DNA of 64,000 nucleotides from Tubulanus polymorphus (Eukaryota; Animalia; Nemertea): NCBI RefSeq assembly GCF_964204645.1, contig NC_134025.1, positions 24,718,299 to 24,782,298 of the forward strand, read 5' to 3'. Shown piece by piece: positions 52,682 to 64,000 of this stretch (position 1 is its first letter; each line of letters starts with the position of its first letter). The notes under the pieces were generated by a model. It saw only the letters and a program-made list of their open reading frames with translations, ran no database searches and was not told where the DNA came from. The position numbers and the translations under genes were made by a program.

Positions 52682-54554
52682 GATGTATAAACATTTGTTG
52701 GAAGAAGACATACTTAAGTACAATGAAAACTGGTTAGAAAAGGTATTGTGACACGAGAATTCTTCGTGATTCTAGTGATAACGATAAACGGCTAAAACTT
52801 GACGACATGCAAGTTTATACAGTTAAGTAGTGTGCATCGATAATTGAAACTGTTTTACATCGCGTATATATAGCTAGATATATTCAGAACAACATATGGG
52901 CTACTGTTGAATAACTACAATCAACTATCCACATTAAAACACAAATAATTGTTGAATTTACCTGTCATACGTGGAAGCAGATCATATGCGTACAATATTC
53001 GTATCAACAGTTGATGATATCTAATAAAATTGTGCGATTGAAAGCAACCTTAGCAGTTCTACCTGAAGTCATCTCCTCGCCCTCGCAGTGATTTTTCACT
53101 AGAATGATTTAAATTTGAACACCACATTCCATAAAAGTGAAAATGAAATCTATAACGAAAGTGCATGTATTTGAAATGAATATCACAATATTAAAAGACT
53201 TTCTCAATTCAATGAAATATTTTAATCTTTCAGATGAAAACCTTCCAGGAAATCGCTTTATGCGAATTGACCAAGAAACTTTAGAAATATCAAGAAGCCA
53301 TTAACAGATAAATGTATTATGGAACCACATACGATAGGTGTGTATATAAATCAAAACCAAATTTTTAGATGATACAAAACTATAAAACGAATTCCGATAA
53401 ATCCAACTGGTAATCTTTGCTCACTAAGTGTGCAATAACGTAATAACAACAAAAAACACCGAATCACTTCAATTAAAACAATTGATCTTTTTTACTAAAT
53501 GTATACTCCAAACATGTTATATACATCACATTATATATCGTAAAATATGATTTACATGGAAATGCTATTTATTTACTATACATATATTATATTCATTAGA
53601 GACCTCACACCTCCCAACTTAACGTTATTTCCTTTTCTTGATACATGCATAGCGGGTGGTTCCCTCCGAAAAGAGGTCTTATTTACAAATACTTAAATAA
53701 TTCGCTATGTACAAAACAATAATTATATCATATTTCATTTTTCATTGGTTACCAAATGATAAATACTCTTGCACGTGGATATGGGTACATAAGATAGTTT
53801 AATATACATACGTAAGCTTACACAATTATTAGGATGCGATTTTAAACAGTTTAAGTTTATTTCATCAATATCTATGCACAAAATTCAATTTTTCAACTCG
53901 TCATGTCCGTGTTCAAATGCATTTAAAATTACCCTTTACAACTGTACTTAGGTCAATCTGTCCGGAAAATATATAAAAATAGAAAGACGATTACGTCATG
54001 TGAGAATTGCTCGTATCCTTGCACCACATTTCGGTGAATGGGTCACATTATTTTCCGAGAGGGAATTATTATTCCCCATAAATGCGACGTCTTTCGGCGA
54101 TACTCTGAACCCAACAGTCTTTGCATGTGAACATCATTAGATTTTTATATTCGAAATATGACAACTTTTTCTATGGGTATTTTCAAATATAAAAAATATA
54201 AAAGTTCACCGAAATTTCATTTCTTTCGAAAATCCGAGTTTTAATACTTAGACAACTAAATGGGAATGGAAAGCTTTAGCCGCATAATGAATTCCAGAAT
54301 CATCCACAAGCTTCCCGACGATCAATATATTCTTTGGTCCACGAAAACGTGTTCACTGTTCAATTTCCTTTGTATAATTTTAGTAAATAATGTAATCTAT
54401 TATAATATCACAGACAACACGTTCGTTAACTTTTATAAAGCGATATAAACGAACAATCACTTCCTGAGCACCAATCCATACCGATCATCCCTGCAGATTT
54501 CCTAACTTTCCTTAATGTCTGAAAAGTGCATTCGTTCATTGAATATTACACATT

Positions 54555-57500
54555 TTAAATGAAATTAACACCATCCCTGGCTTTAGCCAACGACGTCAGG
54601 GCCAAAGCGGCACTTATCTCCTTCCAGTGAAGTTCGTTTTGTTGTTTGTCTCTGAAATGGAAAATAGCAAAAATTTATAGACACAAGAATTATCATAATT
54701 CCATTACGAATCACAGAAAAATACAAATCTATCATTTACTTACCCGATAACAACAGTATGGTTGAACGGCTCTGTTTTTAGATGGATATCTTCTGCAAAA
54801 GGTCAAGATCGTTTAAGATATATTATCTCTTAAATCCATCATTCGGATGATTATGAAATCTACCGAAAAGAATATACATATATCAACCTACCATCGATGA
54901 CCATCGGTGAATCGAAAGTATCGTCAGAGTCATGAGAACACATAGAACTAGAGTTGTTTCGCCGTCTGACTACATCAACAGATGGAGAACTCGTCTGCAT
55001 GACGGAATGTGCGACTGCATCGTTTAGATATCGCTGTAGTATGGTTTGTTTATATTTATGACAAGTCATGTAATCTTTGACCACTTTATTTGGAGGAGAT
55101 TCCGACATTTTGTCCTTGACCGGGGCGTCCTGCTGTATTGACCACGGTGAGAAACTTCGCGGCGAAGTGTGCGTGTCCATTGTGTAGAGGGAATGGTCGT
55201 TGTTGTCAACATTTTCAAGAATCTGGTCACCCGGTACTTCGGATACTGATGGGATGATTAGTTTCGTCTCGGGGACAATAGGAAGTGGTGTCATGCCGGT
55301 TTGCATATCATCTGAAAGAAAATAGAAATACTGAAAAATGTCCTTTCAGATCGGTTTTCTAGCATTTGCGAGTTGAGACATGTCATTGCATCTTATATGA
55401 GGCTTAGCATTATCTATAGGATTACGTTCTAAACTTACCATCCAAATCCGAAAATACACTATCGTCCGATATTTCACTGAGTCTCTCCGCGTTTCCTTCG
55501 ATGAAATTGTTGTATAGTTTAATCCTCGTCTCCCAACTTAAGCCCGAGTGTTTCACCGTGTGCTTAAGTCTTCGCCGGGCGTTGGCGAACCAGTTAGATA
55601 CCTGCGTCATCGTCATGTTCGAACCGTTAGCCAGCCGCAGCTTCTCCGTTTTCGTTGGGTACGGATTGTGTCTGTTCTTGAATAGCCAATGCTTCAACGG
55701 TCTGGTCATGCTTTGCATCGTCGTTCTTTTCAGGTGGCTTTTATTGGGTAAGAATGGATTCCTGCAAAAGTAGAAGTAGTAGCAGTTGAAGAGGCACGAA
55801 TATAATACATATTTGTAAAAGGTTCTGATGAAAAAATTCCTAAAAACGATAAGAGATCAAATGAATTCTGGAGAATTAGATTTTTCCATAACTCCGCATT
55901 ATCTTTCCATCTTGAGGAGTATCGTATTTGAAGTGGAAAAATCGGGTCAAATTATTCGAATGACGTGTGAGAGTCCAGAAATAGCAGTCAGTAGACTAAT
56001 GTCCGCGGAAGAATCATCAGAAAATGAATAGAATCATCAGAATCAGAAGAGATATGTATTGTATCTGCGTGATTAAGACTTTGGCTTCGCAATTCTACTA
56101 ATCAGTTTACAAAATATTTCTGACAACGAGCCAAAACATTTCAATGCTAAGTTCTTTAGTGTAAAAACCAGAAACGCAATCAAGTATGAATGTTGTGGTG
56201 AAATCCCAATGAACAACACTAGATATAGTTCCGGGTTCTGAGGGATAAAAGTTCAGAAAAAATCTTCAACAACATTTTAAAGTATTATTCCATTATAATC
56301 TCCGCCGAAGCAAGGTCACATTAGTTCATTTGTGAGTATGCTAATGGCTGATTTCATAATCTTCCATATTTGAATGATACTGACCCCGAAGTAGACACAA
56401 CTGCTTGTTTGTCGTTTAAAATGGGTTTTCCTACATTGTTTACCTATCGTATTCTATACTTGGAAACAGACTAAATACTAAAATGTAAGACGCATTTACA
56501 TGGAATCCACAAAAAACAGGTTACGTTACACCACACAGCATGTTTTCATCGACATATCAGTTATAGATTTAGCCCGTCCTTCAACCCCATGTAGTAGGTT
56601 ATCGAGCGTTTTATTTGCATTTCATGATTCGCAGTATCGCGGTAGAATCAGCAACCAGTGTCGAAAGGATTTATCGTACCGAGAATGATTTTTTCTTCGA
56701 ACTCTTTTGTGCTAATAAATTATTGTCTTTTTGTCATTTCGTTGATCTATGGGCGATTGGATCAAAAATTGTCTTTGGGCGCAATTGTTGGTACCGAACA
56801 GAGTGTCGGTACAAGGATACATCCTGAATATATTAAAGAATCCAAAATACGCATTATGTCATGCATTGCACATCATTCACAATGATTATTTTAGATGACA
56901 AAACGGGCAATATACTGCCACCTCTTAATACCATTGCATAACAATTTACGCATTGAAATAAAATCTTCAAGTTTTGATATCGGTCAACGAACCATTCACA
57001 TACAGTTAGGTTTAGCTTACTTACCTTTTGGGCTTTCTGGAAGATCGTCGGGTTGAATCACTCGTTGATGTATTCCGGGAACGGTTTTGATGGCGCGAGA
57101 ACGTTCTTGTGCTCGTTTTCGCCTCGTGTTCATCGCAACAGCTACTGCGATGCGAGACAGGTGAATCGCTGTCCCGGTATACGGGTGTAAGGCGTGGAGG
57201 GGACAATTCCCGCCGGCTGCGCGTTTCGCCACCGCCGTATGGATGGTGGTCGGGCGAAAGTTCACGCGAGCCATTGTCCATTGACAGGTCATTACTAAGA
57301 TTCCGACCCTTCGGATTTTCTTCGTTATCACTGTTGTTGTTATTGTTGTTCAACGAGAAGTCAATGGCCATTGCTAGGGCCGTTTCTACCTTTTCTAAAC
57401 AAGATCCAGTAATATCGTCCAGGTGTTTACTGTTTTTTATGTTACCGTTGCTGTCATGAATTAATGCCGTCGTTGCAATTTTAACGCAGTTTTGAATGTT

Positions 57501-57593
57501 TTCTGTTTCTTCACAGATATTCCGTTTGACAGTTGTTGACACTGGATGTGTGATAGGGGCTGTTTGAGTTTTCGAACATTTAGTACAATCCAT
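54555..57593 (-). CDS. MKX: Homeobox protein Mohawk (TALE class), 5 coding exons
   Basis: Exons 57593-57025, 55761-55439, 55311-54892, 54792-54744, 54651-54555. Homeodomain RPLKHWLFKNRHNPYPTKTEKLRLANGSNMTMTQVSNWFANARRRLK followed by LSWETRIKLYNNFIEGNAERLS, KYKQTILQRYLND and WKEISAALALTSLA, all Mohawk signature motifs. Confidence 0.95.
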
Positions 57594-58257
57594 GACTGGT
57601 AATTTAGTTGATTCAATACGCGATCATTGAATATAGGCTATATCGATTTAAGTGAGTAACAATATCGTTGTCGTGATGATGAATGAGTCAATTCTCTTCT
57701 ATACAAAATCTGGAAATATAGATTCAAAAAGGAAATTTAATCATAAATCATAAAATGATTGCAGTCACACAAAGAAAAAATATATTATTATATTATTTAC
57801 ATTAAGACATTTTATGTGTACCTTTAGATCCGTGAACCAAGCATTTTATATAAACCCGACCTAAATTTCATTCGACTTATTATTGATAATCATCGTCGAA
57901 TCCTGCCTAACATGCTTTAAGAACATCGCGTAACTGCGCGAAAATAAAATAGCAATGAACTTTACTACCTAAGGCAGTGAGCAATTACATTTTTCCGCGT
58001 ACCGGCAATTCCTGCCACCCGCGCTTCCAACAGGCCGATTCTGGTATGTTTTCCACGAAACGGCGCTAAATCGATATGTTCCAGGACCTCAATTTTACAT
58101 ACGGACTCGACCTCTCTCATTGAAATAGTTCGTTCTATTTTCAGATGATTACAGTACGTCATTCTTGTATATTTATATAATATGTCACATGTTAGTAAAT
58201 AAACACTTTGTGATGCTGTTGCAGGATACACCCGGGGCAGTGGGAGTATCAAAATGC

Positions 58258-58475
<218 letters not shown>

Positions 58476-61412
58476 GTAAGAGCGGGGCCTATCAGACAAC
58501 AATCTGTCCTAGTATTTGGCCAATTATTTTTAATCATACCCGACCAATGGATTAATCGAAGACACTTTGTATCCGGCTTTCTCTCAAAAACCCGATACGA
58601 GATACAGTTCCGTTTGATGGACTGCCAGGCGATGTTGTTGTGATCTTTAATCTCACGATGGTGACATTTGAAAATATACGACGCAAAAAGACATTTCGCG
58701 ATGCGTAGTAGACAGCAGTAATAAGTTTTCAGATATGCATCGATATGCCCGATGAGGCTTCATATGCTTGGTTTCACAAATAACTAGCACTGTTTATCAT
58801 TCTTAAACTTTACAAAATTAAATATATCGCATCGGTTTATCACACAGTGTAATACTCTAGATAAATTAATATTCATTCCTCAACTTTTTTACTTAAAATC
58901 GCGTAGGAAAATCACAGATTTTGAAGTGTTCGTACATAAACCTTATCCAGGCAGTTACTTATTAAGTGCAAATGCGTGAAATGTTAATTTCTAAATTTCC
59001 GTCGATTGTTCAAGATTTAACGTACTTCAAAATTTCTAAAGATCGAGTGGAAAAAGCTAAACTACAGTGTCAACAATTCAATTTAAAACGCTTACGTGTT
59101 GGTCCTGTTAAAATCCTAATAATATATCCTGGTTTTGATAGAACGTAAAAACATAGAGCATACAATATTGTATAATCATAACACGTTTGCGCACCGTAAA
59201 CACGAAGCGAACAGCTGATCGACGCTGCAATGACATCAGCACTACGTTGAAAATAGGACGATCAAGTATTGATTTTTCGCTCAGTTCCTGGAAAGCATAA
59301 CCATAAACATTGGCAATGAACCTTTCTCGTTGGAATTCTCTCTCAACATCGCCACCGATATTTTGCAGTGCGTGCTGTTCGTTCGATGAACGAACGGTTG
59401 TATAAACAGGTTGTTATTTCCAATTCCCAACCTGGTTCTATAATCACTTTTAGTATAGGCTAGTACAATTGAAATAAGAAAAATTTCAGAAACGGCTAAG
59501 AATTAACTTTGCCGGTGTTGTTGCATCGCGGTTCGTTTACCGAACATGATTAGAATTCATTACATAAAAAAACTGCCGAAAGCTCGATTGCAGTGCACCG
59601 CTTCCAAGAAAATCCGATGGCGCAGTGGCGCGCTGAAGGTAATGTCATCATTAATAACGCGCTGAGAACAGGCCCGAGCACTACAAAGTGCTATTACGGA
59701 TGAGTTATGGCAATGCGCCCGTTGAACTTTGAGCGGAGTTACCATAAAACATCTGAGACTTGTCCTGTTTTCTAGAGCTGTTTCAATTCGTCGAAATTCG
59801 AAGGGGTCTTTGAGTTTGAAAAAAGTAATGTTTCATTTTTACTTCGCAAAATGTAAAAAAGAAAGTTACATGCATATTATATACATAACATATAAATGTT
59901 ATATATAAATGACCTGCCAATGTAAATATTCACATTTACAGAATTCATAGGAAGCCTTTTAACAAATAGTTCAAAGTACAGCGTATGGAATGATAAATGA
60001 CAATATATCTCTTTATTTAGTTTTTTCGAGAGGCACGGCGTTCCAGGAACCCGCGCTTATTGACCCTGACCGCCATCTGCAACTATTAAAACAAGAAGTG
60101 TTTTAGATGTGTGCGATTCCTTTTGATGTTCAATCTTTAAAAGAACCGATATCTTCAAATATCGTTCATCTATTATTTCGTACCGCGGTCGATAGAAGCT
60201 AAAACCTGAACGAGAACAAGATTATGTTACCAGAATGTAAAGATTGGCTTCAAACGTTAGCCCATGTTGGAAGTCTTTGAATAATGAGATTTTTGAAGAA
60301 GACGTGTTGATAATCAAACCATTTTTTCTGCTTGCGTTTGAATTATTGCATCTTTTGCTATCAGTTCGAACAAATGGGCTACCAGTTCCGCATTCTATTT
60401 CCTCTAGGTGGAATTATCGTTTCGTGACGGACTTTCCGCTTACCACATATTATGATATGACTCAATCCGGATAGAAATAGCCACAACGTCACAAACTGTG
60501 ACGTGGGATGGTATGTAATGATCATAACATGATCATGATAACAAAATGTTCAATATACATACATGTACTCTGAAGTGGAGAATGAATCACTAAGATCTGA
60601 TTTATTACTCATACATGGAAAACTGAATGACACTCGCAAAATATACATCCATCTAGCGATAAAATATTCGTCTCCCAGTCCCGTAATAGATTAGGTATTT
60701 TAGTCAGGTATTTTTAAAACTTTGAAAAATCAATTACAGCCTATACAAGCCTTATGGTGAAATTTTAAAGAACTAACACAGAACAAAGATCTTTGTCCGT
60801 TTTCAATATTGTCCGTTGGCAATATTGCGTTCTTTGTTCCAAATCTACCCGATCGGTGAAGGTCGTTCAGTAAGTTATTCAGATTAGCAGACGAATATTT
60901 CAGGTTGGCTTTGTGTGTGTTGCGCGTTGCACAGCAGTACTGAGCGATCGATAATAAATTTTCTGGAATAAATGTGTCATGCCTACATAATGACAAAGGA
61001 ATCGCGCTTAGCATGATTGAATATGTAAACACGTCCGAAACACCTTAATAAAAATCTTATTAATCACCGACATTCCGAAACCCACACAAAAACCCATTCT
61101 CTTATTTTAGTAACAACATCCTATTTCAGAGAAATTCCATCAGCAATTACATATTCATGCAAGCTGCAGTCGGGTCTCGTTGAGTACTAGATAAAAAACA
61201 TTTTCATAGTGTCACATAAATCTTGAAAATAATTCCTTTTTTTCTTTGTATTATATTGGCACGATTAAGGTACATCAATAAAAATATGATGAAATACAAA
61301 AAGTGGTTTACACACTTTGATACATTGTACAACAATCATTATACATCCATGTTCTAATATCAAATTACGAGTTTATTCGATTAGTTGAAAATGTCAATCT
61401 TTTTATCCTTAC

Positions 61413-61730
61413 CTGTAATATTTTGAGTCACTACAATCCTCTATGCATTTGGTTATGAAAATCCAAATCAAATGGCTTTTTATCTATCACTATATGAACA
61501 ATTGTTTTAAAATAAATTTCTGCGTCGTAATTCTTTTTTTCGTTGTTTTAACTCTGAACACATTCATGTCTTTCGTTGTTGAAATCGTCCTTAGTTCTAA
61601 CAGTCTTGTTCCTGTGTGAAGTGAGTAAGATGACTAAATTCCACGTAATATCTTTCGATTCAGAAAGTGTGACTCGGTGCTAGTAATCCAGGAACTCTGC
61701 TGACTAGATTACTTCAACGATGAACTAACT
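61413..61730 (-). other. Putative non-coding first exon of MKX
   Basis: Strong minus-strand donor CAG|GTAAGG at 61413/61412, a matching acceptor atttccag at about 57710 upstream of the MKX ATG, and a GC-richer promoter-like patch at about 61730-61780. The 5' end is approximate. Confidence 0.35.
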
Positions 61731-61899
61731 ACGCGCATGGTGCAATGCGCGCCACCGGGATAGCCACGTGCTCGTTGAATAAAAACAAAGAGTCATCGAT
61801 CACTACGTGTAATGATAGGAAAATAGCATTAAATTAAATAGAATTATATCATTAAATAAATAATTGTAGAAACATCAAACAAGGGCTATTGAAGCTACT

Positions 61900-62020
61900 A
61901 CTTGCAGGGGGATTTTGGAAAAATGCCCTTTTTGCAAATATTATCGTTGTGTCCTATAGAACTGTCCTTTTTCTGGTTTCTCTGCCCCCCTCCAAAAGTT
62001 CAAATGCTAGGTACGGCCCT
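61900..62020. mobile_element. Fragment of a small DNA transposon/MITE (one terminus)
   Basis: Ends GCCCCCCTCC...GCTAGGTACGGCCCTG (reverse complement CAGGGCCGTACCTAGC), a hAT-MITE-like terminus; no clear left TIR. Confidence 0.35.
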
Positions 62021-62991
62021 GAGCGAAGTTGGTGGCTGTGATGCAGGCCATAAAAACGACACGTATTAATATTCCTGATATAGCAAATGAGCCCCTCTCG
62101 AACTTTTGTTCCCCGCCGAAACGGAAAACTTATTGAGATTTTTAGAGTGGATTTTTCATTTTTCTTTATTTTGGCGTCTGACGCCCTCGTTTGCGTATCG
62201 CAAATTTTACCTTATGACCCGAATCGGCCAAGATTTTGTTTTTATCTTTATTGCCGAAGTTACGCTTTTGTACGAGCGTCTCTTGCATAACGCGATAACA
62301 GTCGTCATAATCACTTCGATCAAGGGAATAAGTGTCCTTTTTCGTCGCATAAGTTGGTTGATGTTTTAACGTCAAAACGGAAACCGCGGGATTTACGACG
62401 GATGCACACGAGATCGAGAGAATTGTTCGCGTAAATCCTGTCTGTGATTTTCAATACGGAAATTCTAAGGTTCCAATCCTCGAAAATTCCGGACCAGGAA
62501 AAAGGCCCCGAATTTCTTGAGCCTTTTTCCTTTCGTTCGACCCTGGACCCGTCCCCGAAATAGAACGTTTGATAATAATCAGTGGGTCGCTCTCGTCCGG
62601 GCGTGTGTGACGAGCTTGCTTCGATTGCTCCGACTGGATTATAACAAATCAAAAACAACGAAGAAATAAAATTGTTTTTATACATACCGGTATACACTTT
62701 AGATTTTAATTTGCATATATACAGTTCATGTGGATACAGTGAAAGTCCCATAATCCCGACCTCGTCAGGAGATTATCACTTAAATTCGACGAAAACATGT
62801 CACACTAAAACGATTCGTTTGGGGTTTATGCTGATATCAATAAATAAAAAGAACATGTACAACATTGGAGTGTACGCCAACAACTCCATTTATATATCAT
62901 TTGATCTATCGATATAGTTCAAAAATATGTCCACGATTATTATTCAGAGCGCCAAGTACATGTACAATATAGTTCTATAACAAGCATTTTG

Positions 62992-63888
62992 TCACGATAG
63001 ATTCAGTTTTTCATTAGTTGTTTTCGATAACGATGTATCAATTCCCTGCGTAGCATGTTCAGCGTCTACGCTACTACAATCTGAATGCGTCGCTGATTGT
63101 TTTTCCTCTGTTTTATTGTCAGACTTTTTAACTTTGGTCTGAAAAAAAAGAGAAATACATGTATAGAAACCTAAAAATTAGTGACGCAACAATCCTATTA
63201 ACCCTAAACGCCTGTCTTATCAAACGAAATAAGGTTTATCTAGTACAATCAATATGCTTTTTACCCATTCATATGTTTATTACCGTACAAACGAGTTATT
63301 CATCGAGTTATTCATGAACCAAAAACATGAACATTATCAAAACTATACTTATCAAGATCTCTGAAGAAAACATCATAAAAACAAAGTACTTCTCTATATA
63401 TTTTTTTCAATAAATATGGATAAGCCTAGGAGGAAAAAACAACTGTGGCCGATAGAACAAGATCTCAAAAGTAGTCAATCCCAAGCAACTAGCCGTTACA
63501 TGGATTCAACCTACGGTTGTATTCTCTGAAGATGGTGAGTCCAATTGGATTGTCACTGGTCCATCGTTCTGGATATGCACTTGCATATAAGCACCAAAAC
63601 GTCCATCTGTAGAAAGATAACTTAGGTTTAACTGAAGATTTTGAAATTTTGTCTCACGGACTTACTCACAAAGAATCAGGGTAATGAATTCTGAATAAAA
63701 AATCTTTTTTTTTTAAATAGTGTTGGCAATTTTTTTACAGAGTGCAACTACTCACCTTTAATTTTTTCCGGCTTATATGTATCTTTCATATGTTTGAGGA
63801 AGTCATTGTAAAAACTTTCCGACTGATCTGCACCCATCGAACTGCGGAAATCAGGTTTATGACCTTTCATAGTGCACGTTAAAGTAAA
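62992..63888 (-). CDS. DTD1: D-aminoacyl-tRNA deacylase 1, last three exons (5' part outside the window)
   Basis: Exons 63888-63756 (FTLTCTMKGHKPDFRSSMG...YKPEKIK), 63606-63515 (DGRFGAYMQVHIQNDGPVTIQLDSP) and 63138-62992. Contains the (SQ)FTL and NDGPVT Gly-cisPro motifs. Confidence 0.95.
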
Positions 63889-64000
63889 CTATAGAATTTT
63901 TCATAAAAAAAGAATATTTTTCATTAGAACAGGAAGCTATATATTGAATAGATAAGGATTATTGTTCAACAACTGGTTCAACGGTCAAAGATAATTTTGA

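Noticed and set aside
62087-62917. Cluster of short ORFs and a GC-richer patch between MKX and DTD1
   Set aside because: No recognisable motifs or consistent splice pattern; probably regulatory or repeat-derived, and not supportable as a gene.

Overview
AT-rich eukaryotic (invertebrate, probably lophotrochozoan) genomic DNA with short GT-AG introns; the species cannot be fixed from sequence alone. Gene order: a deleted and frameshifted rhodopsin-class peptide-GPCR pseudogene (4163-5007,+); a complete 13-exon prohormone convertase 2 (5690-17515,+); a two-exon orphan gene (20383-21652,+); an intronless VWA + papain-like cysteine protease + Zn-ribbon gene behind a cluster of NF-kB-like sites (23046-25106,+); a C1orf198 homolog with a large insert of about 21 [ED]PxY motifs (27098-30085,-); two tandem paralogs encoding secreted PAN-EGF-VWD-C8-TIL-ShKT proteins, the first with a premature stop (31794-35335) and the second giant (36630-52092) with a 22-unit exon+intron array giving about 51 ShKT-like domains; Mohawk homeobox (54555-57593,-); and the 3' part of DTD1 (62992-63888,-). 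Intergenic DNA holds small foldback/MITE elements, a (TA)106 microsatellite and a 138-bp inverted-repeat-bounded element carrying a minimal hammerhead ribozyme. Best candidates for new biology: the ShKT-array mucin-like protein, the possibly immune-inducible VWA-protease, the tyrosine-motif C1orf198 and the hammerhead mini-element. Exon coordinates were read by eye and may be off by a few bases.
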